Assembly: GCA_023818895.1 (NCBI GenBank)
Contig: JAMWCX010000001.1
Span: 629,789-661,788, forward strand
Reading direction: 5' to 3'
DNA: 32,000 bases
Source: Candidatus Omnitrophota bacterium
GTDB taxonomy: Bacteria > Omnitrophota > Gorgyraeia > 2-01-FULL-45-10
The notes beneath the pieces were generated by a model. It was not told the origin of the DNA, made no database searches, and was given only the letters and a program-made list of their open reading frames with translations. Within the stretch, counting starts at the first letter, position 1; every line of letters starts with the position of its first letter. Both the position numbers and the translations under genes were made by a program. Of the stretch, positions 1-9,398 are shown piece after piece.

Positions 1-54
1 GAATTTCTCGAAACTATACCCGCATCCATCGCATTGGTATTCGTATGTAGGCAT
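1..54 (-). CDS. FmdB-family CxxC zinc-ribbon protein, first 18 codons only (gene runs off the left edge)
   Basis: Reverse complement of 1-54 reads MPTYEYQCDGCGYSFEKF, the typical N-terminus of small FmdB/CxxC zinc-ribbon proteins. An AAGGAGA Shine-Dalgarno (plus 60-66) lies 5 nt upstream of the ATG at 54. It is absent from the ORF track because it is truncated. Confidence 0.6.
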   Translation of the reverse strand, partial: MPTYEYQCDGCGYSFEKF

Positions 55-148
55 TTGATTCTCCTTGTTGAAGATTATGGGAAGTCGATAATTCCTCGCA
101 AGAAGCCTTTGGTTTAATCTTAATGGCTCCTGTTCTGCCGACTTCCGA

Positions 149-1318
149 CTATCTGAACATTCTTTTCATCTTCTCCATAAACGACTTAGCAAAGGGGCCT
201 AAACCATTAGCCGATACTTTCGCGTATTCTTTCAGGGCCTTTCGCTGCTCCGGATTAAGATCCGTAGGAACATCTATCTGGACTTTCACGAGCTGGTCGC
301 CGATACCGGAATCGTGAAGGTGCGCTATCCCCTTGCCTCTTAGTCGGAACATCCTTCCGCCCTGGGTACCGGCTGGAATCTTCATCATTATCCTGCCTCC
401 GAGCGTCGGCACCTCTATCTCCCCACCGAAAACCGCTGTCGTAAAACTGATCGGCACCTCGCAATAGATATCATATCCATGGCGCTCAAATAGTTCGTGA
501 GGTTTTACATAGAGAAGTATATAAAGGTCGCCGTGCGGGCCGCCTCGCTCACCGGCCTCGCCCTCGCCGTGTATCCGCAGCCGTGAGCCTGAGTCAACAC
601 CAGCCGGTATCTTAACCTTGATATTTCTCTTTGTCTTTACACGGCCTCTGCCGCCACATGTCGGGCATGGCGTCTTAACGACGGATCCTTCGCCACCACA
701 CTTGCGGCAGGTCTGAACAACGTTGAAAAATCCGCTCGAGGATCTTATCTGACCACGGCCGCCGCACTCATAGCATTCTTCGCGTTTAGATCCGCGCTTG
801 GCACCGGTGCCGCCGCACTCTGGGCAAGTCTCATAACGCGGTATCGATATGGTCTTCTCGGTGCCAAAAGCCGCCTCTTCAAAGCTTATCTCGAGCTGGT
901 ACTCAAGATCTGAGCCGCGGCGTAAGGCGCTACGCCTACCAGAAGTGCCGAATGATTCCCCGAATATGTCGTCTCCAAAACCAAACCCCCTGAAGAGGTC
1001 GCTTAAATCCATACCTCCGAATATATCTCTCAGGTCGTCGAAGTGGTGGAAATCCTGCCAACTAAAACCTCCCTGCCTGAAAGCCCCTTCAACGCCGGCG
1101 TGTCCGTACTGGTCATAATCCTGGCGCTTTTTGGGATCCACCAGAACTTCGTACGCTTCGGAAATCTCCTTGAACTTTTCTTCAGCCTCCTTCTTTTTGT
1201 CAGCCGGCACCCTATCAGGATGGTATTTGAGCGCAAGGTTCCTGTACGCCTTCTTTATATCGTCGGCGCTCGCGGTTTTCGGGATTCCCAAAACTTCGTA
1301 GTAATCACGTTTGCTCAT
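149..1318 (-). CDS. dnaJ: Molecular chaperone DnaJ (type I Hsp40)
   Basis: J-domain with HPD (YYEVLGI...KYHPDR), a Gly/Phe-rich linker and four CxxCxGxG zinc-finger repeats ([32 protein letters not shown]). It lies downstream of dnaK. Confidence 0.97.
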   Translation of the reverse strand: MSKRDYYEVLGIPKTASADDIKKAYRNLALKYHPDRVPADKKKEAEEKFKEISEAYEVLVDPKKRQDYDQYGHAGVEGAFRQGGFSWQDFHHFDDLRDIFGGMDLSDLFRGFGFGDDIFGESFGTSGRRSALRRGSDLEYQLEISFEEAAFGTEKTISIPRYETCPECGGTGAKRGSKREECYECGGRGQIRSSSGFFNVVQTCRKCGGEGSVVKTPCPTCGGRGRVKTKRNIKVKIPAGVDSGSRLRIHGEGEAGERGGPHGDLYILLYVKPHELFERHGYDIYCEVPISFTTAVFGGEIEVPTLGGRIMMKIPAGTQGGRMFRLRGKGIAHLHDSGIGDQLVKVQIDVPTDLNPEQRKALKEYAKVSANGLGPFAKSFMEKMKRMFR

Positions 1319-1346
1319 AGTATAGATTATCGTTCCGCATAAAGTT

Positions 1347-1408
1347 TAAGGCTAAGGTCAAGGATAAGTTTATTTCCAGCTAAGTCTTAACCTCGAGCCT
1401 TAGCCTTA
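1347..1408 (-). other. Inverted repeat (11-bp perfect arms) in the dnaK-dnaJ spacer; possible intercistronic RNA stem-loop
   Basis: TAAGGCTAAGG at 1347-1357 is the exact reverse complement of CCTTAGCCTTA at 1398-1408. Partial extension is seen (TCAAGG / CCTCGAG). The loop is about 40 nt. Confidence 0.4.
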
Positions 1409-1424
1409 GCGCTATTTAATTATA

Positions 1425-3353
1425 TTAGCGTTTCTTGTCCCCTTCATCTTCCGCGGTATATTCCGCGTCAATGACGTCATCCTGCTTGCCGCCTCCGGCC
1501 TGACCGGCGCCTTCTTGCGGCCCTGACGATGCGCCTTGCGGGCCACCTTGTGGGCCGCCCGCACCCGTCTTCTGGCCGGCGCTTTTCTTGTAAACCTCTT
1601 CGGCTAGCTTGTGAGAAGCTCTGGTAAGCTCTTCCATGCCGCGCTTTACGCTTGCGATATTTTTGTCCTTCATGGCCTGCTTCAGATCATTTATGCGCGA
1701 CTCTATCTCGGCCCTCTCGCTCTGGCTTATCTTATCGCCGAATTCTTTGAGAGACTTTTCAGTCGCGTATACAAGGGAATCCGCCTGATTTATCGTCTCA
1801 ACCTCTTCCTTGCGCTTGGCGTCCTCAGAAGCAAATCTCTCAGCTTCCTTGATCATTTTATCTATCTCTTCTTTTGAGAGTTTTTTCGGCGCGGTTATTT
1901 TTATAGACTGTTCCTTGCCGGTGCCGAGGTCTTTGGCGGATACGTGAACTATGCCGTTTGCGTCTATATCAAAAGTCACCTCTATCTGCGGCACGCCTCT
2001 CGGAGCCGGCGGTATCCCTATAAGGTCAAATCTTCCCAACTCGACGTTGCCTTCGGCATCCGCCATGGGCCGCTCGCCCTGTATAACGCGTACCGTAACA
2101 GCGGTCTGGTTGTCCGCTGCAGTCGAGAATATCTGGCTCTTTCTGGTAGGAATAGTCGTATTGCGCTCTATCAACTTTGTGTTTACCCCTCCGAGCGTCT
2201 CTATGCCGAGCGAAAGCGGCGTGACGTCGAGGAGCAGCACCTCCTTGGTTTCACCCTTCATGATAGCAGCCTGTATAGCCGCGCCGAGCGCGACGCACTC
2301 CATAGGATCAACCCCACGCTCTATCTTCTTGCCCACATAGTCCTCTACGAACTTCTGGACTATCGGCATCCTCGTCGGGCCTCCTACAAGGATCACCCTG
2401 TCAATATTTTTGGCGGTGATCTTGGCATCCGATAACGCTTGCTCGATCGGTCCCCGGCAACGGTCGATTATCGGTGAGACGAGTTCCTCCAGCTTAGAGC
2501 GGTTAATCGACATGGTAAGGTGCTTGGGGCCAGCCTGGTCCGCCGTTATAAACGGAAGATTGATATCGGTCGAAAGCGTACTTGAAAGCTCCACCTTCGC
2601 CTTTTCGGCGGCTTCCCTGATCCGCTGCAGGGCCATCTTATCGTTTTTTAAATCTATGCCTGTGTCACGCTTGAACTGGCCTGTAATGTAATCAACCAGG
2701 GCGTTATCCATATCCGTTCCGCCTAACTGCGTGTCGCCGGATGTTGACATTACTTCAAATGTCGCGGCCTTGTGCTCATCATCCCAGCCCATCTCAAGTA
2801 TCGTGACATCAAGAGTGCCGCCGCCGAAATCAAACACCATTATCTTTTGCTCTTTGCCGGCCTTATCAAGGCCGTAGGCAAGGCAGGCGGCGGTCGGCTC
2901 ATTAATTATCCTTAATACCTTCAGGCCTGCTATCTCACCGGCATCCTTTGTAGCTTGACGCTGGTTGTCGTTAAAATACGCGGGGCAGGTGATTACGGCT
3001 TCGTTTACGGTATCACCAAGGTAGGCCTCGGCGTCCTGTTTTATCTTCTGCAGTATGAAGGCGGAGATCTGCTGAGGCGTATACTCCTTGCCATATACTT
3101 TATATCTAAAATCTGTTCCCATTTTGCGTTTTGCCGCAAATATGGTGCCTTCCGGGTTTATCGACGCTTGCCTTTTCGCTGGCTCTCCAACGAGCCGCTG
3201 GCCATCTTTGGTAAAAGCAACATATGACGGAAAAGCCTTGCCGCTCGCAACTCCGGCGCCCTCAGCAGACGGTATGATAACTGGCCTACCGGCCTCCATA
3301 TACGCGGCGGCGGAGTTTGACGTTCCAAGATCTATCCCTATCACCTTTGCCAT
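1425..3353 (-). CDS. dnaK: Molecular chaperone DnaK (Hsp70)
   Basis: [14 protein letters not shown]..., [20 protein letters not shown] and a Gly/Pro/Gln-rich acidic C-terminal tail. The start is moved from the ORF-track ATG (3371) to the ATG at 3353, which has an AGGGAGG Shine-Dalgarno 5 nt upstream. Confidence 0.97.
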   Translation of the reverse strand: MAKVIGIDLGTSNSAAAYMEAGRPVIIPSAEGAGVASGKAFPSYVAFTKDGQRLVGEPAKRQASINPEGTIFAAKRKMGTDFRYKVYGKEYTPQQISAFILQKIKQDAEAYLGDTVNEAVITCPAYFNDNQRQATKDAGEIAGLKVLRIINEPTAACLAYGLDKAGKEQKIMVFDFGGGTLDVTILEMGWDDEHKAATFEVMSTSGDTQLGGTDMDNALVDYITGQFKRDTGIDLKNDKMALQRIREAAEKAKVELSSTLSTDINLPFITADQAGPKHLTMSINRSKLEELVSPIIDRCRGPIEQALSDAKITAKNIDRVILVGGPTRMPIVQKFVEDYVGKKIERGVDPMECVALGAAIQAAIMKGETKEVLLLDVTPLSLGIETLGGVNTKLIERNTTIPTRKSQIFSTAADNQTAVTVRVIQGERPMADAEGNVELGRFDLIGIPPAPRGVPQIEVTFDIDANGIVHVSAKDLGTGKEQSIKITAPKKLSKEEIDKMIKEAERFASEDAKRKEEVETINQADSLVYATEKSLKEFGDKISQSERAEIESRINDLKQAMKDKNIASVKRGMEELTRASHKLAEEVYKKSAGQKTGAGGPQGGPQGASSGPQEGAGQAGGGKQDDVIDAEYTAEDEGDKKR

Positions 3354-3396
3354 AGCAACCTCCCTTATCAAATGTTTCTATCCACTATCTTCAGCA

Positions 3397-3942
3397 CTAT
3401 GCGGTATTCTTTACAATTCTTACCATCGCCGGTCTGAGAAGCTTACCGTTCAGCTTATAACCCGGCTTTAACTCCGCGACTATCACATCTTCCTCTTTGT
3501 CTTTAGCCTCCTCGGTCTCAACGGCCTCATGCAGGTGAGGATCAAATTTTTCTCCCACCGTCTTTATTTTCTCTATGCCGATATCTTTCAAAAACTTTTG
3601 TATCTGGAGTTGTATCATATCAACACCTTCGCGGACGGATTTGAAGTCTTTGGCCTCCGCGATATGTTTTTCCGCCGTCTCCAAGTTGTCAATTATAGGC
3701 AAAAATTCCATTATTAGAGATTCGTTGGCGTACTGCGCGAAGTCGGCTTTCTCTTTCTCCATCCTTTTTCTTGTATTCTCGAAATCCGCGTGAGCCCTCA
3801 GATACTTATCGTAAAAAGCATCGCGCTCACCGGCCTTTGCTTTTAGAGCCTCATATTCTTCTTTAGAAAGCCTCACCTCTTCAGTAGTGGAATCTTGTTT
3901 GTCGTTTTTGTTTTCTTTATGCTCTTTGTTCGACATTTTCAC
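3397..3942 (-). CDS. grpE: Nucleotide exchange factor GrpE
   Basis: Charged coiled-coil N-terminus, then RAHADFENTRKR...FLPIIDNLE...FDPHLHEA...GYKLNGKLLRPAMV. The GTG at 3942 overlaps the hrcA TGA (GTGA); an alternative ATG is at 3936. Confidence 0.95.
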   Translation of the reverse strand: MKMSNKEHKENKNDKQDSTTEEVRLSKEEYEALKAKAGERDAFYDKYLRAHADFENTRKRMEKEKADFAQYANESLIMEFLPIIDNLETAEKHIAEAKDFKSVREGVDMIQLQIQKFLKDIGIEKIKTVGEKFDPHLHEAVETEEAKDKEEDVIVAELKPGYKLNGKLLRPAMVRIVKNTA

Positions 3943-4676
3943 CTAGTTTCAAGTTCATCCAGTAAATCGCTCACCGTATCGGCAAGAAACTCCACCGCCG
4001 GTATAACCTTTTCATACACCATCCTTTTAGGTCCTATAACACCGAGCCTTCCGGAAACCTTGCCTTTTACCTTATAGCCCTTGGTCACTACACTACAATC
4101 AGAAAGCGATGACGCTACATTCTCCTTGCCTATGTGAATAGTCAGCGCGTCGGTAGTGAAGTCTTCTTTAAGCAGGTTCAACAGATCCCTCTTTTGCTCA
4201 AGGCATCGCAATAGGGCATATAATTTCCTCAAATCCTGAAATTCGGGCTGTTCAACTATATGGCTGGCTCCGTCAAGATACACCTTGTCATACTGGCTGA
4301 ATAGAGTCAGTCCGACATAATTAGTCATATCTGAGATAAGATGCGCTGTTCTCTCAAGCACTCCCTCCAGAGAGCGCACCGCATGAGAATATTCGTCCTG
4401 TATGGATTTTGCCGCTTGCTCGCTCAGACTTCTTACCCGCATGAGTGAATCAATGAAATATCGATATCCCCTGTCAGTCGGTATCCTGCCGGCTGAGGTA
4501 TGCGGCTGGGCAATATAACCCATATCCTCAAGATCTGCCATAACGTTTCGGATGGTCGCGCTTGAAAGGCCGAGCTTGCGGGAAATATAACGCGAACCGA
4601 CAGGCCTGGCCGTCTCCACGTACTTTCGCACGATCATCCCGAGCACTTCCTGCTGTCTTACGTTCATCTGAGTCAT
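3939..4676 (-). CDS. hrcA: Heat-inducible transcription repressor HrcA (short form, 245 aa)
   Basis: N-terminal winged-helix region (RQQEVLGMIVRKYVETARPVGSRYISRKLGLSSATIRNVMADLEDMGYI.QPHTSAGRIPTDRGYRYF) and C-terminal GRLGVIGPKRMVYEKV. It is the first gene of the hrcA-grpE-dnaK-dnaJ array and has a CIRCE element upstream. Confidence 0.92.
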   Translation of the reverse strand: MTQMNVRQQEVLGMIVRKYVETARPVGSRYISRKLGLSSATIRNVMADLEDMGYIAQPHTSAGRIPTDRGYRYFIDSLMRVRSLSEQAAKSIQDEYSHAVRSLEGVLERTAHLISDMTNYVGLTLFSQYDKVYLDGASHIVEQPEFQDLRKLYALLRCLEQKRDLLNLLKEDFTTDALTIHIGKENVASSLSDCSVVTKGYKVKGKVSGRLGVIGPKRMVYEKVIPAVEFLADTVSDLLDELETR

Positions 4677-4698
4677 GTCTCCTGTCTTTTCTGTATCA

Positions 4699-4725
4699 TT
4701 AGCACTCTACAACAACGAGTGCTAA
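4699..4725 (-). promoter_or_regulatory. CIRCE operator (HrcA binding site), perfect consensus
   Basis: TTAGCACTC-TACAACAAC-GAGTGCTAA equals the consensus TTAGCACTC-N9-GAGTGCTAA. It lies 23 nt upstream of the hrcA ATG. Confidence 0.95.
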
Positions 4726-4732
4726 TTGTCAA
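4704..4732 (-). promoter_or_regulatory. Putative sigma70-type promoter of the hrcA operon, overlapped by CIRCE
   Basis: The minus strand reads TTGACA (plus 4727-4732), a 17-nt spacer, then TAGAGT (plus 4704-4709). The spacer and -10 box lie inside the CIRCE palindrome, the classical arrangement. Confidence 0.5.
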
Positions 4733-4758
4733 GAAAATTGTGAAGGTCAATGATTGGG

Positions 4759-6006
4759 TTATTGCGACAAGATGTGCCCCTTAAGAAGGTCTTTAAGCCG
4801 GATCGAAATCTCAGCCTCGATATAAATACAGTCGCCCTCATATTCCTGGTGGCGGATAAATCCGTTTTCATGAATCAGATTAAGTGTCCTTGCGTCAGCG
4901 GCGGGTATTTTCAACTTGACAACCATGGTAGCGCCTTTTATGCGATTCATGATATGCGTTATCAAAATGTCAAAACCACGCCTCTTTAGCGCAGATATCA
5001 TAATCGCATCATTAAAATGGCTCCTCAGGCGATTTACGGCCTCTGCGTTCTCCACGAGGTCTATCTTATTAAGCGCGGTTATCGTCGGCTTCTCCTCAGC
5101 GCCTATTTGCCCCAACACCTTATAGACCGCCTCCGCTTGTTCGAGAGCCTTCGGGTGGCTTGCGTCGACAAGGTGCAGGAGAAGATCGGCCTCTATGACT
5201 TCTTCAAGCGTGGCCTTGAAGGCCTCCACAAGATGGTGCGGAAGTTCCTTTATAAACCCTACCGTATCAACAAACAGTACCTTCTGGTTGTTCGGCATTG
5301 TAAATTTTCGCACTGTCGGATCAAGTGTGGCAAACAACTTATCATAGACCATCACGTCCGAATCGGTCAACGCGTTTAAAAGCGTCGACTTACCAACGTT
5401 AGTGTACCCTATTATGGCCACGGTAAGTACCGAAAATCTGGAACGCTTCTTACGCATCATGTCGCGCCGCTTATGAAGGCTTTCGAGATCCTTCTTGAGG
5501 TGAGATATCCTTGCCCGTATTCGGCGCCTGTCATATTCAAGCTTCTGTTCGCCCGGCCCCCTCGTTCCGATGCCTCCTCCCAACCTCGACATAGCCACTC
5601 CTTTGCCGGTGAGCCTGGGCAGCATGTACGAAAGCTGCGCCAGCTCTACCTGCAACTTGCCTTCATTAGTATGGGCACGGCGAGCAAATATATCGAGGAT
5701 GAGCTGTGTCCTGTCTATGGTCTTGGTGCGCATTATGCTTTCGAGATTCTTCTGTTGAGAAGCAGATAACTCATTATTAAATATTACTATATCTATATTT
5801 TCATCGGCGCAAGTCTTGGCAAACTGACGAGCTTTTCCGCTTCCTATGAAACATGCTGGATTCAGCTCGTGGCGCCGCACTATCTCCTGACGCACCACCT
5901 TCGCGCCGGCCGACATCGCCAGCTCTGCAAGCTCGGTGGAGCGTTCCTCGGCGCTCCATCCCTCGTCCCTACCAGAATCTACCGTAACCAGTAAAGCTCG
6001 CTCCAT
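4759..6006 (-). CDS. hflX: GTPase HflX
   Basis: HflX N-terminal domain (LILDIFARRAHTNEGKLQVELAQL...GGGIGTRGPGE.KLE.DRR) followed by a G domain with GYTNVGKSTLLNALT, DTVGFI and NKID. Confidence 0.93.
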   Translation of the reverse strand: MERALLVTVDSGRDEGWSAEERSTELAELAMSAGAKVVRQEIVRRHELNPACFIGSGKARQFAKTCADENIDIVIFNNELSASQQKNLESIMRTKTIDRTQLILDIFARRAHTNEGKLQVELAQLSYMLPRLTGKGVAMSRLGGGIGTRGPGEQKLEYDRRRIRARISHLKKDLESLHKRRDMMRKKRSRFSVLTVAIIGYTNVGKSTLLNALTDSDVMVYDKLFATLDPTVRKFTMPNNQKVLFVDTVGFIKELPHHLVEAFKATLEEVIEADLLLHLVDASHPKALEQAEAVYKVLGQIGAEEKPTITALNKIDLVENAEAVNRLRSHFNDAIMISALKRRGFDILITHIMNRIKGATMVVKLKIPAADARTLNLIHENGFIRHQEYEGDCIYIEAEISIRLKDLLKGHILSQ

Positions 6007-6029
6007 TAGTTTCCGCCAAAAGTAAAAAA

Positions 6030-7004
6030 CTATTTTCTGGCTCTTGACTTGTTAGCTATTCCCAGCCGGCTGACGACGTCCCTGACTATGCTGTCGTAAT
6101 CGTTCTTAGATATATCATGCCAAATTATCCGGTTATCCGCCTTAAACCATGTTAACTGGCGTTTTGCGAAACGGCGTGTATTCCTCTTCAAGAACGCCTT
6201 TGCCTCTTCCAGTCCATATCTGCCGTTAAGGTAATCGGATATTTCCTTGAACCCAAGGACCGAACGCGCTGTCTTCGATAATTTTTTTTCCTTTAGTTTT
6301 TTTACCTCAGCCACGACACCGCGCTCAAACATCCTATCGACTCGCGATTCGATCCGAGCATACAGTTCTTCTCTTGGCGCATTTAAGCCGAACATTCTTA
6401 CATCAAAATCCGCGCCCAGCCCTTTGGTCCTCGACTTCAGCTCTGTCATAGTACGTGTAGTGGAATGATAGATTTCGAGAGCCCTTATGATGCGTCGCGT
6501 ATCGTTGGGGTGTATCGTCCTTGCCGAATCTGGGTCTATGGCCGCCAACTTTTGGTGAAGCCTTGCGCTTCCATGCCTCAGAGCAAATGCTTGCATTTTT
6601 CTTCTAAACTTAATGTCAGCCGGCGGCGAAGGAAATAAGCCGTCAACCAACGCCTTCGCGTAGAGCCCACTTCCGCCCGTTATTATCGGTATTCTCTTCC
6701 GCTCTATTATGGACCTGATTAAATCTAGCGCTCTTTTCCTGAAAGATGCCGCGCTGTATTCTCTGCGAGGATCGAGAATGCCTATGAGATGATGGGGGGC
6801 TTTTCTCCTATCTCTGGAGGATGGGGCCTGGCTTAAGATCTCCATGCCTCTATAGACCTGCATAGAATCGCAAGAGATTATCTCGCCTTTAATAAGACGG
6901 GCTAGCTTTATCGAAAGATCCGTCTTGCCTGTTGCGGTGGGGCCAACTATGAATATTATCTTATGCTTAACGGGGCCTTTCAGTCGCAAGATTGTTCGAC
7001 GCAT
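6030..7004 (-). CDS. miaA: tRNA dimethylallyltransferase MiaA
   Basis: P-loop IVGPTATGKTDLSIKLA, then ISCDSMQVYRGMEI, PHHLIGILDP, ITGGSGLY and QLTWF. Confidence 0.93.
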   Translation of the reverse strand: MRRTILRLKGPVKHKIIFIVGPTATGKTDLSIKLARLIKGEIISCDSMQVYRGMEILSQAPSSRDRRKAPHHLIGILDPRREYSAASFRKRALDLIRSIIERKRIPIITGGSGLYAKALVDGLFPSPPADIKFRRKMQAFALRHGSARLHQKLAAIDPDSARTIHPNDTRRIIRALEIYHSTTRTMTELKSRTKGLGADFDVRMFGLNAPREELYARIESRVDRMFERGVVAEVKKLKEKKLSKTARSVLGFKEISDYLNGRYGLEEAKAFLKRNTRRFAKRQLTWFKADNRIIWHDISKNDYDSIVRDVVSRLGIANKSRARK

Positions 7005-7843
7005 ATCCTGACCTTGTAACCGATAGATTTAAGGCGCGTTGCAAGAGATTCAGCCCCCTGTCTTGAGTCAAAAGCGCCTACTCTTACCCTGTAAAGCTTA
7101 TCTTGGGCGGTAACTGGTATAACCACCCTGGCCTCATACCCATACCCGGCAAGTTTTTTCGCAAGAGCATCAGCGTTGCGTTTGCTTTTGAAGGAACCTA
7201 CCTGCACACAAAACACTTCGGCAGCATTGCCTCCGGCGACAGATGGCTGTGATACCGCAATGGCTCTATTCTCAGAAACGGTAGTCGCGACACTTCGTGA
7301 CAAAGGACCCTGGCTGGACAATAAGCCCCCTTCAAGGCTCATCGGGGACACGTTCTTAGCCATCGCCAGATACTCGGCGGCCTTATCTTTCAAACCAAGC
7401 TTTTGATAGCAGTCATTGAGCCGGTAGTATGCTATAGCTATATTCTTATCGTTCGAAAATTTCGCAAGAATCTCGTTGTATACACCAAGAGCCTTGCCGG
7501 CCTCCCCTTCTAGAAGATAAGAGTCTGCTATTCCCAGGTAAGCATCAAATAGCCTCCTGGAATAGGGGTAGCGGTTCTTTATATGGCCGAAACTTTCTCT
7601 GCTATCAGCAAAGCGCCCAAGCTTAAGCTCACTCAGCCCTTTAATATAATAGGCCTCATCCAGCTTGCCATAACGCCCTCTTATAACAGCGTCAGCTTCT
7701 TTGACAGCGGTATCGTAGTGTCCCTGCAGGAAAGCGTTTTCGGCGCGTCCTATACTTCTATCAACAGCCGCCCCCGCGCAAGAATACGACATAAAAATGA
7801 ATACGGACGCTGCAAAAATGGCGCATTTAAATCGTATGCTCAT
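6980..7843 (-). CDS. Secreted/lipoprotein-like TPR protein with C-terminal SPOR (peptidoglycan-binding) domain
   Basis: N-terminal signal peptide (AIFAASVFIFMSYSCAGAA) and YbgF-like TPR repeats. The C-terminal segment VQVGSFKSKRNADALAKKLAGYGYEARV...LYRVRVGAFDSRQGAESLATRLKSIGY matches the SPOR pattern. Confidence 0.8.
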   Translation of the reverse strand: MSIRFKCAIFAASVFIFMSYSCAGAAVDRSIGRAENAFLQGHYDTAVKEADAVIRGRYGKLDEAYYIKGLSELKLGRFADSRESFGHIKNRYPYSRRLFDAYLGIADSYLLEGEAGKALGVYNEILAKFSNDKNIAIAYYRLNDCYQKLGLKDKAAEYLAMAKNVSPMSLEGGLLSSQGPLSRSVATTVSENRAIAVSQPSVAGGNAAEVFCVQVGSFKSKRNADALAKKLAGYGYEARVVIPVTAQDKLYRVRVGAFDSRQGAESLATRLKSIGYKVRICVEQSCD

Positions 7844-7855
7844 TTTACCTTTCTT

Positions 7856-8506
7856 TTATGGTAGAAGGGTATTCTCTGCTGCTGACAGGACTTTAGACAT
7901 AAACCTTTTTAAGAATGTCTGCTGAGATACAAAATCACCGCCCGTAATGTTTGATGACACCTGTGCGGTAAAGGCGCTGCTCTTTCGCTTGAAGATCGAG
8001 TCGAGCACATTCAGTACCCTGAAACTCAAAAGGTCTGTAACATAACGCTCGTTTATCTTGTAGGTATAAATCAAGAGTATCCGCTGGTCGCCTTTTTGCG
8101 CCAGTATCTTCTTTACAACAGCCTGGGAACACTTTTCCGAATCAAGAGCCAATCTCTCTTCGCCCAAATCTTTAAGCGCCCATCCGGAGCCTACCCAACA
8201 TAGCTGCGGAGCGTGAGGAGTCTTCTTCTCTTTTGTATAGGCGAAATAGGACATATATAGTTCTACATTCGCGCCTGAAGGACTTCGATATTCTCTGAGG
8301 AGTATAGAATCAGCGCCGAGAGCGGCGACCATATAGTCTGAAGCCGGTTTTTCCACCCCATTCCATTCATCTATAGTAAAAGGTAGATATCCGAGAGGTT
8401 TTTTCGGCGGTATGGGGGTTATTCCCGGCGCAAAATATACCCAGACCGTAGCGGCGGCCAGCAGTATCCACATAAGGTAAGCTATCGCGTCCTTCGATAC
8501 TCTCAT
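7856..8506 (-). CDS. epsI: Exosortase-associated EpsI-family protein
   Basis: About 215 aa with one N-terminal TM helix, the motifs FTIDEWNG and HAPQLCWVGSGW (EpsI-like H.P..C.pGsGW), and a 4-nt overlap with the upstream exosortase gene. Confidence 0.72.
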   Translation of the reverse strand: MRVSKDAIAYLMWILLAAATVWVYFAPGITPIPPKKPLGYLPFTIDEWNGVEKPASDYMVAALGADSILLREYRSPSGANVELYMSYFAYTKEKKTPHAPQLCWVGSGWALKDLGEERLALDSEKCSQAVVKKILAQKGDQRILLIYTYKINERYVTDLLSFRVLNVLDSIFKRKSSAFTAQVSSNITGGDFVSQQTFLKRFMSKVLSAAENTLLP

Positions 8507-9312
8507 CTTGTCTTCCTCAGGATATCGTTTAACCAGAAAAGCGCCACAAGACCTATTCCCATCGCGATGAATCCTGTGACATCATGCACTACCGCTGGAA
8601 CACTGAAGGCTTCAATGATATCAACAGTAATCGCCGTCACAACAAGTCTGGCTGTATTCACAATTATTGCTATAATAAAAGATGACGCGAACAGTATGGC
8701 GCGTTTTCTGATATCGTTCTGGAAAAGATATCCGACGGCGAGGCTGGCGGCTATCATCACTATCAGGCCCCTCAGCCCGCTGCATGGATTGGCAATCACC
8801 AGACTGCAGGTGGACAGGTTTATAATATTGCCTTCCCTTGTAGCATTAGATCCTAAAAGCATCAGCACAAGATAAGCCAGCTTGGTGCTTAAAAGTCGCA
8901 GATGAAATGTCAGGTTATTATACACGAGTTGCGGTAGCGGTATCATGAATATAAGATAACCTATACTGAACGCCATCTTCCTAGCCATTTCCTTGCCGGC
9001 GCTGGCGTAGATTATACCAAATAGCACTATTAGGGCGGAAAAACATTGCAGAAAAAACTGATAGCCCGCGCGGGCCAAAAGATAAAGCGTTACGCCGCTA
9101 AGCATAAAGACCAGGCCCGTAAAAGACGGCGATACCGCTGTCTTGCGAAGGTCTTCCCTTTTGTGCCAAAGAAAATAAAGCGATATCAGCGGTATGAGAA
9201 AACCGTGGGAATAATCTTCAACGGATATCCATTCCTTAATAAGTGGCCCGACGACAGGTAAATATAACAGGGCGAAGAATAAAAAAGTTATTGCGAGTTT
9301 TATATATTCCAT
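8503..9312 (-). CDS. Exosortase (EpsH/Xrt family), minimal 269-aa form
   Basis: Polytopic membrane protein with the N-terminal exosortase signature W..VEDYSHGFLIPLISLYFLW and candidate catalytic residues Cys (ANPCSGLRGL), Arg (VNTARLV) and His (VHDVTGF). Confidence 0.88.
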   Translation of the reverse strand: MEYIKLAITFLFFALLYLPVVGPLIKEWISVEDYSHGFLIPLISLYFLWHKREDLRKTAVSPSFTGLVFMLSGVTLYLLARAGYQFFLQCFSALIVLFGIIYASAGKEMARKMAFSIGYLIFMIPLPQLVYNNLTFHLRLLSTKLAYLVLMLLGSNATREGNIINLSTCSLVIANPCSGLRGLIVMIAASLAVGYLFQNDIRKRAILFASSFIIAIIVNTARLVVTAITVDIIEAFSVPAVVHDVTGFIAMGIGLVALFWLNDILRKTR

Positions 9313-9321
9313 CTGTTGGAT

Positions 9322-9350
9322 ATTATAATGTCAAACCACTAAAAATGCAA
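9322..9350 (-). promoter_or_regulatory. Putative promoter of the exosortase operon (TTGCAT-17-TATAAT) ending 9 nt before the ATG
   Basis: The minus strand reads TTGCAT (plus 9345-9350), 17 nt, TATAAT (plus 9322-9327), then ATCCAACAG-ATG. No Shine-Dalgarno is visible, so the mRNA would be nearly leaderless. Confidence 0.35.
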
Positions 9351-9389
9351 TCTCTCTATTATGAAATGAATTTCCAATATCCAGATTTA

Positions 9390-9398
9390 TGATATAAT
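9390..9398 (+). promoter_or_regulatory. Putative extended -10 box (TGATATAAT) 6 nt upstream of the TPR gene GTG
   Basis: TGATATAAT at 9390-9398 is a perfect TGnTATAAT. The -35 region is weak (TTTCCA). No Shine-Dalgarno precedes the GTG at 9405. Confidence 0.3.

Noticed and set aside
82-146. 8-bp inverted repeat GGAAGTCG / CGACTTCC downstream of dnaJ as a terminator
   Set aside because: The arms are about 48 nt apart, no T-tract follows, and 8 bp is within chance expectation. This is not convincing as an intrinsic terminator.
1944-2435. 163-aa and 129-aa plus-strand ORFs antisense to dnaK
   Set aside because: Long antisense ORFs opposite Hsp70 genes are a known codon-bias artefact. There are no motifs and no translation signals.
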